Source: Isurus oxyrinchus | Lineage: Eukaryota | Direction of reading: 5' to 3' | Assembly (NCBI GenBank): GCA_026770705.1 | Contig: JANJGN010000008.1 | Span: 159,836,001-159,900,000, forward strand | DNA: 64,000 nt | Part shown: in pieces, positions 13,441 to 26,327 of the stretch | Layout of the letters: every line of letters begins with the position of its first letter | How positions within the stretch are numbered: the stretch's first letter is position 1 | Program-made: the position numbers and the translations under genes | Notes under the pieces: generated by a model | Told to the model about the DNA's origin: nothing | Database searches by the model: none | Seen by the model: the letters and a program-made list of their open reading frames with translations, nothing else

Positions 13441-13689
13441 GTAATTTATTCAAAGGAAAATATTGACACACATAACAGAAATGAAATTATAGAATAAATA
13501 TTTTGCAGATAGAACCCTCCTAATATTGGAACTCGGTAATAATATTTCTCTGTAATGGTAACATATTAAAATAATAATATTTAATAAAGCATGTAGTTTA
13601 AGGGGGAATAATTTAATTTAGCCTCTGCAATTTTTACTTCTTCCCAAGTCATGGGAATGAGAAAAATGCTGCATATCATAAATTAACAA

Positions 13690-14350
13690 TGTTTCCTCAC
13701 ATGCTTCCCCTTAAATGTATCAGTACTATTTGCTTTAACCATTCCCTGTAGTGGTGGGTTCCACATTCTTGCCACTCTTCAGGTAAAGAGGTTTTCCTGA
13801 ATTCCCTGTTTGATTTCTTGATTATCTTACAGTGATGGCCTCTAGTTATGCCCTTCCCCACCGTCACCTCCCCACCCCCACCCCACAAGAGGAAACATTC
13901 TCTTCATATTCACCCTATCAAAACCCTTCATAATTTTAAATACCTCTATTAGGTCACTCCTCAGCCTTCTTTTCTCATGAGAAAAGAGACCCAGTCCGTC
14001 AACCCTTTCTGGATTTGCGTACCCACAAATTCTGGTATCATCCTTGCAAATCTCTGCACCCCCCTCCAGTGCATCCTTATCCGTTTTATAATATGGTGAT
14101 CAGAACTGCACACAGTACTCTAACTTGTGAGCTAACCAAGATTCGATACAGGTTTAACACAACTTCCCTAAATTTCAATTCTATTGCTCTAGAAATAAAG
14201 CTTCGTGCTTGGCTTACTTTTTTATGGTTTCGCTAACCTGTGGCATAACTTTTAGTGATTAGTATTTGCACTCCGAGACTCCTTTTTTTCTCTATCCCAC
14301 CTAGACTTGCACCTTCCAAATATTAAGTGACCTCTCTATTCTTCCTTCCA
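13690..14350 (-). mobile_element. CR1 LINE fragment
   Basis: TRGH and RE.RK..F remnants on the minus strand. Confidence 0.65.
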
Positions 14351-15344
14351 AAAGATGTGATTAAGAGGGAGAGAAAAAAGACAAAGAAAAGGTTATAAAA
14401 TATTGATTTTTCTCAAGTCTACAACAACAATTAAAAGCTGAAGGATTGATAGTCCAAACTTAGTAAAAGTTAATTTTCAGTATCAGAGATTGTTTAGCAG
14501 TAATTAAGACTTATCACACCATTAGCAAGTGTACTTAATACTGAAATGGATATGCCTTAGCTATCAGTGATGAGTTTGTCCCTGGCTACAAGTTAAGTGC
14601 AAGAACTGCACACTGTTCAGTACATTTCAATGATGAATTAGACAGCAAGATGCTGTTCTGTGCAGTTTATGGAGGAAGGATGCACCTTGGACAGCGACTT
14701 CTGGATTTTCACCTTTAACTGCATGTATGAGCTCACCTGAAGTTGTCGTCCAATTTGTGCATAAAAATCTCTGAGCGTCATTAGGCTCGCTGTTATTTGA
14801 TAGTAAATTCTGGTCATTCATTATTTAAAAGCTACATGAAACTAACATGGGTGTAATTCTAGTAACTCATTCAAAAACAAAACAAAGTGATCAGTGAACC
14901 AGCTGTACATGTAACTGATTTCTTTGGGTCAGTGGAGTCTTAAAAAGTGATCAAGATATTTAAAACTAGGGAGTGTTCACTTTCAAAGGGAAGAATTATT
15001 ATTCAGCTATTAATTCTAGCTAACTATGGAGTCAACAGATTTTTCAGAATAACCTTACCCATCATCTGCTTAGGGTATGTCTTTATAATGTGTGTGTGGT
15101 CCAAAATGATCATCTTTTTGTTGCCAACTCATAAATAAAATATCTGCTTCTTCACTCCTGACTTTAACAGACAGAATGGGAACACCACCGCCAGCAAGTT
15201 CACCTCCAAGCGACACACCATCCTGATTTGGAACTATATCACTGTTCCTTCTCTATCGCTGGGTCAAAATCATGGAACCCCCTTCCTAATAGCACTGTGG
15301 GTGTATGTACACCACATAAACTGCAGCGGTTCAAGAAGTTGTGC

Positions 15345-16258
15345 AGGGCACAATTTCAAAATTTGCGGATGACAAAAAATTTGGAAGTATTGTGAGCTGG
15401 GAGGAGGATAGTGATAGACCAGAAAGATAAAGCAGGCTGGTGGAATGGGCAGACACATGGAAGATGACATTTAATGTAGAGAAGTACATACAAAGTGAGA
15501 CATTTTAGTAGGAAGAATGAAGACAGGCGATGTTATATTAAAATAAAGGATACAATTCTAAAGAGAATGCAGGAGCAGAGGATCTGGGGTATATACGCAA
15601 AAGTTGTTGAAGGTGGCAGGGCAGGTTGAGAAAATGGTTAGTAAGGCATTAGGGCTCCTGTGCTCTTTAATTGGGGCATGAAAGGACAAAAGCAAGAGAG
15701 TTATGGTGACTTCATAAAACACTGGTTCAGCCAATTCTGGGCACCGCACTTTAGGAAGGTTATGAAGGCATTAGAAGGGGTGCAGGAAAGGTTTACTGGG
15801 AGGATTCTAAGGATGAGGGACTTCAGTTTTGTGGATAGATTGGATAAGCTGGGGCTGTTCTCCTTAGAGAAGAGGAGGTTTGACAGAAGTATTCAAAATC
15901 ATCAGGGGTCTGCACAGAGAAAATAGGGAGGAAGTGTTTCCATTAACAGAAGGGGCAAGAACCAAGTGTATCCTGATTTAAGGTGAGTAGCAAAAGAACA
16001 ATGGCAACATGAGGAAAAACCTTTTTATGCAGCCAGTGGTTAGAATCTGAAAAGCACTGCCTCAAAGTATGGTGGAGGCAGATTTAATCATAGCGTTCTC
16101 ATAGGAATTGGATAATTATCTGCATAGAAAACATTGGAAGAGTAAAGGTGAAAAGACAGGGGAGTAGGACAAGCTGAGTTACCCTTACAGAGAGCCAGCA
16201 TAGACATGACAGGCCGAATGGTATCCTTTTGTGCTGTGATTATTCTATGATTCTATGA
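15345..16258 (+). mobile_element. CR1 LINE 3' fragment
   Basis: KFADD.K, QFWAPHFRK..ALEGVQERFT..LGLFSLEKRR; (ATTCTATG)n tail. Confidence 0.85.
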
Positions 16259-16459
16259 CCATGGCTACAGAACCCTGGGCAGGTAAAGCACATACTTATA
16301 CACAACTCCTCACTAAAGTCTTCATGTGACCTCTGTTGCCTGCGTATTCTATGTTTAGTTGTGTTTATTTTATACCTGATCATGAATTAGATTTTTTCAG
16401 TTTATTTAATTCACCAGTTACTTCCCTCACTAAAACTGTTTGGTACAGATGGAGACCTA

Positions 16460-17117
16460 GGGTGCAACTGTCCTAGATCTGCACTAAGTGCAGTAGCGGT
16501 GGGTAAAATGACATTTTACTCACTGGCCACGACGGTAGGTTTTCACACCGTATCATCCTAAACCCACCACATTAATTATACATTGCTGGGAAACACACCG
16601 TTTCGATGGCGGATGGCCTCTCATTCACCCACCATGCATCACCTTACTGCTTCATCACGCCAGGCACATGCCAGTGCTTCCAGCCCAGGACTGCAGCAAG
16701 GAAGACATGGTACCAAAAGGCAAGATGACTGCAGCCCTCAAGCGCCTTTTGAAAGCCCTGGAGACTCACTGTGATGTCCTCTGCCCCCGCGCTCTGGCCA
16801 CAGGAGGGGTAGCAACATTACCACTCCAGCTTGGTAAGTGATGGCAGTGGTGATCAGTGCCAATGCTGCACAGAAGAGGTGGGCCAATCCAATGCAGATA
16901 GAGGACGAGTGATCTCATCCACGCAGCCAGGGTAAGGCAACCATCTTATCACTCAAAACTCACACACTCAAGCCCATCACACTTCCACTGGCATCTCACT
17001 CACTGCCAGCTCAAAGGACACTACCCATTCTCTCACATGTCCATCTGGCCTCATCTCTGGAGACTGCCTCCTCAGCCCTCACTATCCTGAGGCCACTTGC
17101 ACAGATCAACATGTGCC

Positions 17118-17152
<35 letters not shown>

Positions 17153-17720
17153 GGGATACCCTCCTTCCCATTGCAGCTCTCGTCCTGCAGCCTCTTCCCT
17201 TGCTTGAGGCCATTTCTCCCCCTTCCTCAAGCAAGATCTTGCCCTGCAGCCATTGAAAAGCCACCTACATATGGCTGATCTGGTAGGTAGAGACCTACCT
17301 GTGAACCCCCCTAGAAGTGATGTGGTGCTGTCTGTGAAGCCTGGCACTGATGACTGTGAGTGCTGTCTGAAGCAAGGTAGGCAAACACACCTTGAAGTCC
17401 TGAGCAAAGTGCAGCCCACCAGGTGCACATCGCTTATGTGCTGTTGTGAAACACGTCGGCATGTTTTCCTGCCATGGGCAGACGATCCAGTCGGTTTGGG
17501 GGGGGGGGGGGGGCAGTAGGGAATGAGTCTGGCAGGCTGGCCTCACAATGAAACACTGATGTATTACAATCAGGTTCCCAGCATCCAATGGCGGGGTCAA
17601 CATCCACCCATTGGTGGGCTGAGTGGACGATTGCAAACTGGTTTCACTCCACCGTGAAAGCGATCGCACATATTGTCCACTTACGTCACCGAACACGCCT
17701 GACACCGGAAAATCCTAACC
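16460..17720 (+). mobile_element. Harbinger deletion derivative
   Basis: 16460-17060 is homologous to 49945-50590 (left end, Myb exon 1 remnant, intron); ends in GGAAAATCCTAACCC, a TIR-like sequence. Confidence 0.75.
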
Positions 17721-18971
17721 CTAGAGTCAACTTTAGAGTTCGATTGGCTGTGTGAAGATTGTGATTGGACTAACGATGAAAACTAAACACCTTCTCCCAT
17801 TGGAAAAAGGCAGTTGCGTAATTAATAAGGCTCAAGTCACAAAAGGTAAACTAGATCAGTTCAGCCATAGCATGATTTACAGGCTTATCCTCAAACACTG
17901 TGAGGCAGGGTGCAGCCAGTAAGATGACTTGCTTCAGCAGCGCTCACTCTGCTGAACGCGCTGACACGGCCTTTTGTTGAACGATTACAGCACATTGTGT
18001 TCCCTCAGTAAAAAAAGTCAGAGCTTGATGTAGCCACTTCAAGAATGTGACAGGCTTGTTGTTTGAGATGTAATTAGGTCACTCTTCTCTTGGGTGCTGC
18101 ATGTGCTGGAGCATCAGGTGAGGGCGGAATGAGTGAGGCTTGGTTGTCAAGAAGCCTGTCAATACTCATTGTTGAGACTTCCCGGAATGGTTACCAGCGT
18201 GAGTGAGGTAGGGAGCACATGGTGTCACAGTCCAACATCACCGACTTACAGGAATGGGCAGCAAAGTTAAGAAAACGTGAATGTTTTTTTTTAAACCTAT
18301 TGCAACTCCAGAAAAAGCAAATTCAGAGAGTTTAAAATAGCTTTGCTCTATTCCAAGAATCATTCTGAACATTTATATGGCGGGTCAACATTAGAAATTC
18401 CAATCCTTTTCCACTCCAACCAAACCCTTGGAAACACTGCTGCAGAACATAACTAAAACTTTAAGATCATTGAATCTAGAAAATGATTTTAAAGCATTAT
18501 TTCCTGTTTAGCTTCCCTTAGCTTATTTATCTGTGGGAAAATGTTTGTTAAATAACATAAGCTGCTAGTGTTCCAGGTTTATTATAAAATACCTCAGGAA
18601 GACTACAAAAATAAAGCTGTATGCAATAAGGTTTTAAAACCATAATTCCGAAATGATTGTATTACAGTGTGATTCATGTGGCATATTTTGGGGTAATGGA
18701 AAACCATGGTTTTACCAGAATTGATTGAAACAGGACGGAAATTATACAAAGGATAACAGAAAGGCATTTTGGATGTTGTAGGGTTCCTAACCAATATGTT
18801 AATCATTCTTTTCTATTTATTCTTACTGGCAGGCTTGTGTATTTCCAGAATAGATTGCTGTTAATCTGGTAGTTTCACTTTGGTGAGTAATACACTTTAA
18901 TGGTCCACTTGAAGTCAATTCAGGTATTGAATTGGAACACGATGCTAATAACCAAATGACTTCTCTTATAC

Positions 18972-19120
18972 CTTGCGATGACTTTGCCAACTTGTTCATT
19001 GGGGCAGCTGACGAAAACTACAGAGTGGGTTCCAGAAATATAGCTCCCTGTAACTGCCGAGTGCAAATACACAGCAATGTTCTTCAGCCCTGGATATAGT
19101 AACAAGGCCATGATCAGAGC
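18972..19120 (-). CDS. CUTAL: CutA-like protein, exon 2 (ALIMALLLYPGLKNIAVYLHSAVTGSYISGTHSVVFVSCPNEQVGKVIA)
   Basis: Polypyrimidine tract plus TAG acceptor, GTATAA donor, 149 nt. FVxCPNE motif typical of the CutA N-terminal strand. Confidence 0.93.
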
Positions 19121-20951
19121 CTAGGGGCCAAGGAAAGCAGAAAAGCAATAGTTAGTTAATTGTCTATGCTTCAAGCAGTTATGAGAGTGATACTGTCAGG
19201 TTAACAGGCAGCACTGAAGACTTTCGATCTCGCCCTGCAATAAAAGACAAGCTCAAACAATGTATTCCAAGTCTGTCGACCATCCACCAGTTTTTTTTTT
19301 GTTGTCTCTTCCCCCAACCTAAAGTTGCTGCTAACCTCACAATCATAGGGAAAGCCCCGAGAATGAATTCTAGATTAACAGGTCAGTTGGTTCAACGGGT
19401 AATGGAAGTAGGTTCTGACCTGAAATTACGTTCTGATTTTGGTAAACTAACTAGTGACAGAGCCAGCGGCACCTTTATAATTAGTTAAAACTTCAAAACA
19501 ATAGTGTCCCATGATTGTCTCTTGGTAAAAATGTTTTTTAAAAAAATGTAACGAGAAACGATCACCCCCCTGAGCCTGTCGCTTTCCATAGCTTTTGTTT
19601 CAAATGTTGTCTTTGGCACTGCCAAATGCTTTAAATATCAACATTCAGCCAAGTTTCTCCCTTCCTTCCCCCATGAGTAAAGCAAGCAAAACTCCAGGAT
19701 GTCTATTTAATGTTATGCTTTACATCATTCGTTATTAGTACAGATGATTTGGCATAGTTTGATGTCTACTTGCTGTGTACAGTACAATTTATCACCCACA
19801 TTTGAACAAGTTCCAGGGGCAGTGAAACGATCAAGTCAGAATTTGCAGGTGTAATAACAGGAAGGCTGTCGGTACTCACTGTTATTACTGACAGCAACAC
19901 TGGCATCTGCATATACACATTTCAATGCAGATTTCTGGAAGTTACTGTCATTATTTGAATGGTGAATGGTGAACAACATTCCTTTGCCACTGACTGCAAA
20001 ACTCAGCCTGATGTTCCTGAGCGGATTTGAATGATGAGAAATCAATTGCCAACAATGTAACACCGACCTTACTCCATAATCAGGAACCATCATGTTTTAA
20101 GCAGCACTTGATCACTTACATCTATACTTTTAATTCAGTCCAATTCTGAGACAAATATTCATTCTGTCGTGTTTTTCTTTATTGATTGATTGTGTTTTTT
20201 TGCCCTTAAGTTCCAAATATCAATATAACTGTGGCAGAAATAAAATTTCTTCCAACCTCAGCTCAATTGATGCTTAATAATCATCGACTTATGCAGTTCA
20301 GATCTTGCAGTATAAATTAAATAGCCTGCTTTGATCTGCGTTACCTATTCCTCTGATTGTGTAAAGCAACAGCAGATATCTGTCTGAGCCTGAGTTACTG
20401 GTGATTATAAAGCCAGAACTTGAGGGCCCAAAAGAGAGACCTTACTGTGATTTCTTGGTTGCAGTGCTATTGATCTTGGTTCTGCTGCATAAATATGCGT
20501 AGTTTTAAGCTAATGAGTGACAGGCATAGCTTTTGTCAGTGATTTAAATATCTTTACTTCCTCTTCACTTGAAGGAAAGGAGATTAATCACATGATGTAT
20601 GTGGGCCACTGTCAGCTTAAATGAATAAACAGATGACACAGAAGTGAGAGTCAACACTAAGCTACACTGGAGTTTCCGACTTACCGATGCTGCATGAAAC
20701 AGTCTTTTATTTTAGTTACTGAGAATAAGAATGGGTTATAATATGTTCACAAGGCGTAACAATATTAACAAACTTCGATCATACATGGGCAATTTTAACA
20801 AAGGTTTGCCACTTTGTTTCTAAAGAGTTCACAACAAAGTGCTCAAGTTGAGGCAGGTAAGTAAATAATTCAAAGTACAGAGATTGCCAGGAAAAGCACA
20901 GCATGTACTATGGTAAGCATTTAATTTAAATACAGTACTAACGTACATTGA

Positions 20952-21159
20952 CAAAAACAGAAACAGAAATACCTGGAAAAACTCAGCAGGTCTGGCAGCA
21001 TCGGCATAGGAGAGCACAGTTGATGTTTCGAGTCCTCATGACCCTTCAACAGAACAATTCTCCTCCGCCAATGCTGCCAGACCTGCTGAGTTTTTCCAGG
21101 TATTTCTGTTTCTGTTTTTGTTTTGGATTTCCAGCATCCGCAGTTTTTTGCTTTTATCT
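20952..21159. mobile_element. Short PLE palindromic insertion
   Basis: Degenerate TSD CTAACGTACATTGA / CTAATGTACCTTGA at 20938-20951 and 21160-21173. Confidence 0.88.
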
Positions 21160-21949
21160 CTAATGTACCTTGATCTGTTCACAGAGGTATGTGAATCTAG
21201 CTCATTGACATGCGTTTGATGTTGCAGGTGAAGATGTGTATCTTCTGTATCCATTGTTCCACCAGTGGAGGCCGTGCCTTCCAGCTGTTCAGGCCCTAAA
21301 CTCTGGAATTCTCTAACCAAACCTCTCTACTTTCCTCACCTTCATCAAGATATCCCTTAAAATCCATCACTTTGACCAGGCTTTCGATCATATGTTCTGG
21401 TATCTCGATGTAGCTCAGTATCAAATTCCATCGGATAGAAGTGAAGTGCCTTGGAACATTTTGCTGCTTTAAAGGCACTATATAAATGCAAGTTGAGATG
21501 GTGATGTTAAGTTGGGGCACTTTTATTTTGCTGCTATGCACTGACTTCGACTACACTGCTATTGTGCAATCTACAGCATTCCCTGGCGTAAGCTGCCTGA
21601 CCTGCAGCGTTCTGGAGGCAGTGAAGAGAAATGTTGTTTGTGTTTGGAAGTCAGGCAAGGGTTGATAAGTTTAAGTAACATTCATGCCATGCAAGTGCCA
21701 GGCAATGACCATCCGCAACAAGAGAGAGTCTAACCACATTCCCTTGACATTCAATGGTATTGCCAATTCCAAATCTCCCAACATCAACAACCTGGGAGTT
21801 AACATTGAAACTCAAACGGGCCAGCCACATGAATGCTTTGGCTACTAGAGCAGGTGAGATGATGGGTATTCTAGAGTATGACCCCACATCCTGTCTCACT
21901 AAAGCCTTTCCATCAGCTAAAAGGCAAGTGAGGAGTGCAATGGAATACT

Positions 21950-23970
21950 AAGATAAAAGCAAAATACTACGGATGCTGGAAATCTAGAACAAAAACGCCT
22001 GGAAAAACTCTGCAGGTCTGACAGAATCTGCAGAGATGGATGCACTTGACATTTTGAGTCTGTATGACCCATCATCAGAACTAAAAAATATAGAAATGAG
22101 ATGAAATATAAGCTGGTAGAGGGGGATGGGACAGGTAGAGCTCGATAGGGGGGCAGTGATAGGTGGAGGCCAAGAAGAGATTGCCAAAGATGTCAAAGAC
22201 AAAACGACAAAGGGATGTTGACAGTGGTGATATTATCTAAAGGATGTGCTAATGGGGACATTAAGGGTAGCAAGCAGGACAAGCTAGTGGCAGATGGCCC
22301 TAGTGGGGGTGGGGGGGAAGGGATCGAAATGGGCTCAAAGGTGGAGATGAAACAGTAGATCAAAATAAAATTAAAAATAGGTGGGAAAAGAAAAATATAT
22401 TTGTTAAAAAATTATAAATTATTGAAAAAGGGGGGACCAGAAAGGGGGTGGGGATGGAGGAGAGAGTTCATGATCTGAAATTGTTGAACTGAATATTAAG
22501 TCGGGAAGAGTGTATAGTGCCTAGCCGGAAGATGAAGTGCTGTTCCTCCAGTTGGCGTTGAGCTTCACTGGAACATTGCAGCAGGCCAAGGACAGACATG
22601 TGGGCATGAGAGCAGGGTGGGGTGTTGAAATGGCAAGCAACAGGGAGGTCTGGGTCATGCTTGCGGACAGACCGAAGGTGTTCCGCAAAGTGGTCACCCA
22701 GTCTGTGTTTGGTCTCTCCAATGTAGAGGAGACCACATTGGGAGCAACGAATGCAGTAGACTAAGTTGAGGGAAGTGCAAGTGAAATGCTGCTTCACTTG
22801 AAAGGAGTGTTTGGGCCCTTGGACGGTGAGGAGTGGGGTTGGGGGGGTGGGGGGGGGGGGGAGTAAAGGGACAGATTTTGCACCTTCTGCGATTGCATGA
22901 GTGGGTGCCATGGGAGGGGGTTGAGGTGTAGGGGGTGATGTAGGAGTGGACCAGGGTGTCCCGGAGGGAACGATCCCTGCGGAAAGCCGCTGTTTGGAGG
23001 GGGGGGGGTGAAGGGAAGATGTTGTTTGGTGGTAGCATCATGCTGGAGTTGGCGGAAATGGCGGAGGATGATCCTTTGATCGCGGAGTGATAAGTGAGGA
23101 CAAGGGGGACCCTATCATGGTTCTGGGAGGGAGAGGAAGGTGTGAGGGCGGATGCGCAGGAGATGGGCCGGACAAGGTTGAGGGCCCTGTCAACGACCGT
23201 GGGTGGAAAACCTTGATCAAGGAAGAAGGAGGACATGTCAGAGGAACTGTTTTGGAAAGCGGCATCATCGGAACAGATGCGACGGAGGCGAAGGAACTGA
23301 GAGAATGGGATGGAGTCCTTACAGGAAGCGGGGTGTGAGGAGCTGTAGTCGAGGTAGCTGTGGGAGTCGGTAGGTTTGTAATGGATATTGGTGGACAGTC
23401 TATCACCAGAAATTCAGACTGAGAGGTCAAGGAAGGGAAGGGAAGTGTATTAATTTTGCTTCCAATTTCCACCCCTCCCATCATTGTCACGTGGTCCATC
23501 ACTGACACTTTCCACCTCCTTTCCGATCCCCCTTTTTCTAATAATTTATAATTTTTTTACAAATATATTTTTCTTTTCCCGCCTATTTTTAAATTTATTT
23601 CGCTCCACCTTTTAGCCCATTTTGATCCCTTCCCCCCACCCCACCCCAACTAGGGCCATCTGCCACTAGCTTGCTAGCCTTAATGTCCCCATTAGCACAT
23701 CCTTTAGATATTTTAACCACCGTCAACACCCCTTTGTCCTTTTGTCTGTGACATCTTTGGCAGTCTCTTCTTGGCTTCCACCTATCACTGGCCCCCTATC
23801 GAACTCTACCTATCCCACCCCCCCCTCCCCCCACCCCACCAGCTTATATTTCATCTCATTTCTTTATTTTTTATTTCTGATGATGGGTCATACAGACTCG
23901 AAATGTCAACTGGATCCCTCTCCGCAGATGCTGTCAGACCTGCAGAGGTTTTCCAGGTATTTTTATTTTT
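21950..23970. mobile_element. PLE two-armed insertion; the long minus arm carries a GIY-YIG remnant (22468-23447)
   Basis: Perfect 15-bp TSD GTGCAATGGAATACT at 21935-21949 and 23971-23985; YCIRCSQCGLLYIGET on the minus strand; interrupts a CR1-like element. Confidence 0.95.
23873..23911 (+). ncRNA. Minimal hammerhead ribozyme motif with canonical CUGAUGA core
   Basis: CUGAUGA-U-GGGUC-auaca-GACUC-GAAA-UGUC-AACU. Confidence 0.75.
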
Positions 23971-24720
23971 GTGCAATGGAATACTCTCCACTTATGTGGG
24001 TGGGTGCAGCTCCAACAACTCAAGAAGCTTGATCCCATCCAGAATAAAGCAATTCACTTGATCAGCACCATATCCACTGACTTAAACATCTACTCCCTCC
24101 ACCTCGTACTTTATGGCTACTGTACACTACAAGATGCACTACAGCAATTCACCAAGCCTCCTTCAATAGCACCACCTATCACCTGGCAGGACAAGCACAG
24201 CAGGTGCAAGAACACTACCGCTTCCAAACTTCCCTTCGCACTCCACAATGATTTGGAAATATATTGCCTTTCCTTCATTGCCACTGAGTTCAAAGACCTG
24301 AAACTCTCAACCTGAAAGGTTATTGGGGGTGGGCAGGAATGTGGGTTTGAGGTTACATTCAGATCAGCCACGATCTTATTGAATGGCAGAGCAGGCTTGA
24401 GGGGCCGAGGGGCCTACTCCTGTTCCTAATTCGTATGTTTGTACGTTACTTAGACGTTGTGTGGGGGAAACCTTCACTTCATAGACAGCAGTGTTTCAAG
24501 AATGCCCACCTCAAGGGCAACTTGGGATGGACAATAAAGGCCAGGAGCACATTTTAGAAAAGGAAAGTATCCCAGTGACTTGAAGCAATATGCCTGTAGG
24601 CTGCAAGTCAATCACTCCACAACTATTTCTGGACGGGTCTCTGTCTGCCAGCTCTCTTTATACTATCCAAATTAGTTCTGAGTTTACTTTCCCACGGCAG
24701 CCTCAGTCTTTCCTTTCAAA

Positions 24721-24792
24721 CATAAAAACAAAAAACTGCGGATGCCGGAAAGACCTGCTGAGTTTTTCCAGGTATTTCTGTTTTTGTTTTGG
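24721..24792. mobile_element. Minimal 72-bp two-armed PLE insertion
   Basis: TSD CTTTCCTTTCAAA at 24708-24720 and 24793-24805; about 30 bp antisense tail joined to about 42 bp sense short end. Confidence 0.85.
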
Positions 24793-25524
24793 CTTTCCTT
24801 TCAAATCCTTGACATGGTGTCACTCCATCACTTAGCGCACAGCACCTCACTCAGTGGTGGGCAACCTAGGCTAGTGAGTGGGCCACATAAGTGGCCGCCA
24901 CTCCCCCCCCCCGCACTTCACCTCAGTGGGCTGCAAGATTGAAATTGGATGTGCGCCTTAACCATGACCCCATGAATAAGAATTTGCAGGTTGTGCCGGT
25001 TGATCTGTAGCAGTGCTTTGATTGGACTCAGAGGGAGCGCACTGCTCTCAGTCACTGTTGTGCGCAGACAGCACAGACCTCGCTTCACATGCCTTTGCCT
25101 TGCGTGCGTTTCACTTTAGTAATACTGGTAGGAAAAAAACTACGTAGACAGAAACCAGTGGAATCTGGCAGTCCAGTGTGTGGGCAAGGGTCAACAAAAT
25201 GTCTCTTGGGCCGCACTCAGAACCTTGACTGCCCACCACTGACCCTAGCCTGGCTTTTCCACCCCCACCATTCCTTTCAACTTTGGTGTTGTCCTGCACC
25301 ATGGGGCTTGCCTGGGTTTTTTTTTCCCCATTTAGAGCAGAGGTAAAGTCTTTATTAAGCGTTAAAAGGATTTTCAAAGCCACTGCTAAAATTTTCTTGC
25401 AGCAGGCAATTCCAAAGCTATTTTGCTTTCTTCAATTTTGTTTCAGATGAGTTATGTTAGACAGGGTCAAAAATAGCAACCGCATAAATGTTACTAGCCG
25501 CTTATGTCGACAGCTGCAACTCAC

Positions 25525-25575
25525 CAAGAGGAGTGCGCCGAATCGTGGGCGCAGGGAGCTTTGTAAACGCTGCAT
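25525..25575 (-). CDS. CUTAL: CutA-like protein, coding exon 1 (MQRLQSSLRPRFGALLL)
   Basis: ATG at 25575-25573, 17 codons, GTGAGT donor, phase 0 matching exon 2. Lies in a CpG-rich region. Together with exon 2 it gives a hydrophobic N-terminal segment. Confidence 0.75.
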
Positions 25576-25649
25576 CCACCAGCCCAATAGACACGCTCGC
25601 AGTGGAAAAGGCACCGAATCATTCACCGCTGCTGTTGTGGGACATAATG

Positions 25650-26120
25650 GTTTTGGTAACAGAGCGAGGGAGCCAGACAGCCCCAGTCAGTGCCACACTC
25701 TTAATATCTGCTATGTGGCTCCTCTTCTTTCTCTCTCTGTCTGTCTGTCTGTCCCCTCACTCAAGTCCCTCTTGTCTTCTGTCTCCTTCACTCCAGCTCC
25801 TGCCTTCAAACTCCAGTCACTCTGTTCTCTACCTGCTCACTCTTGTCCTCTCGATTTGCATCAGTGTTTAGCCCCGCTTCAGTTCAGTTCCGGTTCTCTT
25901 GTTTTCGTTTGGTGTTCTCTCTCTCTCCTTTTCTGACAGTGACCTGCGATAAGATTATCCTTATCTCGCTGCCAATCGCAAGGCAGCCTCCGCTACTCAG
26001 CGTTTCATACGCTCAGTGATTGGTCTGGTTAATATGGTACTTTCTGTGACTTGAGGTAGTCACGTTGAACTTTTACACTACAGACCGAGCGAGTAACGAA
26101 GTAGGACCCATTCTGGTTCA
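25650..26120. promoter_or_regulatory. Putative CUTAL promoter/5' region
   Basis: Locally CpG-rich. Near-palindromic GATA cluster GATAAGATTATCCTTATC at 25948-25965; CCAAT at about 25972 and ATTGG at about 26020; directly upstream of exon 1. Confidence 0.5.
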
Positions 26121-26327
26121 ATCGCCATATTATAATGTTGCTTTACCACGGTGGAAGTTCACATCGCTTCATATTTTGCATGGCTTGTCATTAGTCTCAT
26201 TATTTTATGCACACAGCCAACTCCCAACATGCCCTTAAAAATGGCAGACCTGACAGTAATTTAACTGGTAAAGTATGTCTCATGATGTGTTAGGAATAAA
26301 ATCCATTCCCTTCGAAAGATCTGGGAG

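Larger units (their letters stand above)
21650..24540 (+). mobile_element. CR1-group LINE split by the PLE at 21950-23970
   Basis: QVRSAMEY|SPLMWVGAAPTT reads through the TSD; LDPIQNKAIHLI follows. Confidence 0.75.

Noticed and set aside
19880-19993. 114-nt minus-strand cassette exon in CUTAL intron 1
   Set aside because: Has AG/GT ends but contains a stop in the CUTAL phase, and nothing else supports it.
25454-25936. 160-aa plus-strand ORF over the promoter
   Set aside because: Antisense to CUTAL exon 1 and extended by a CT-rich tract; no recognisable protein.
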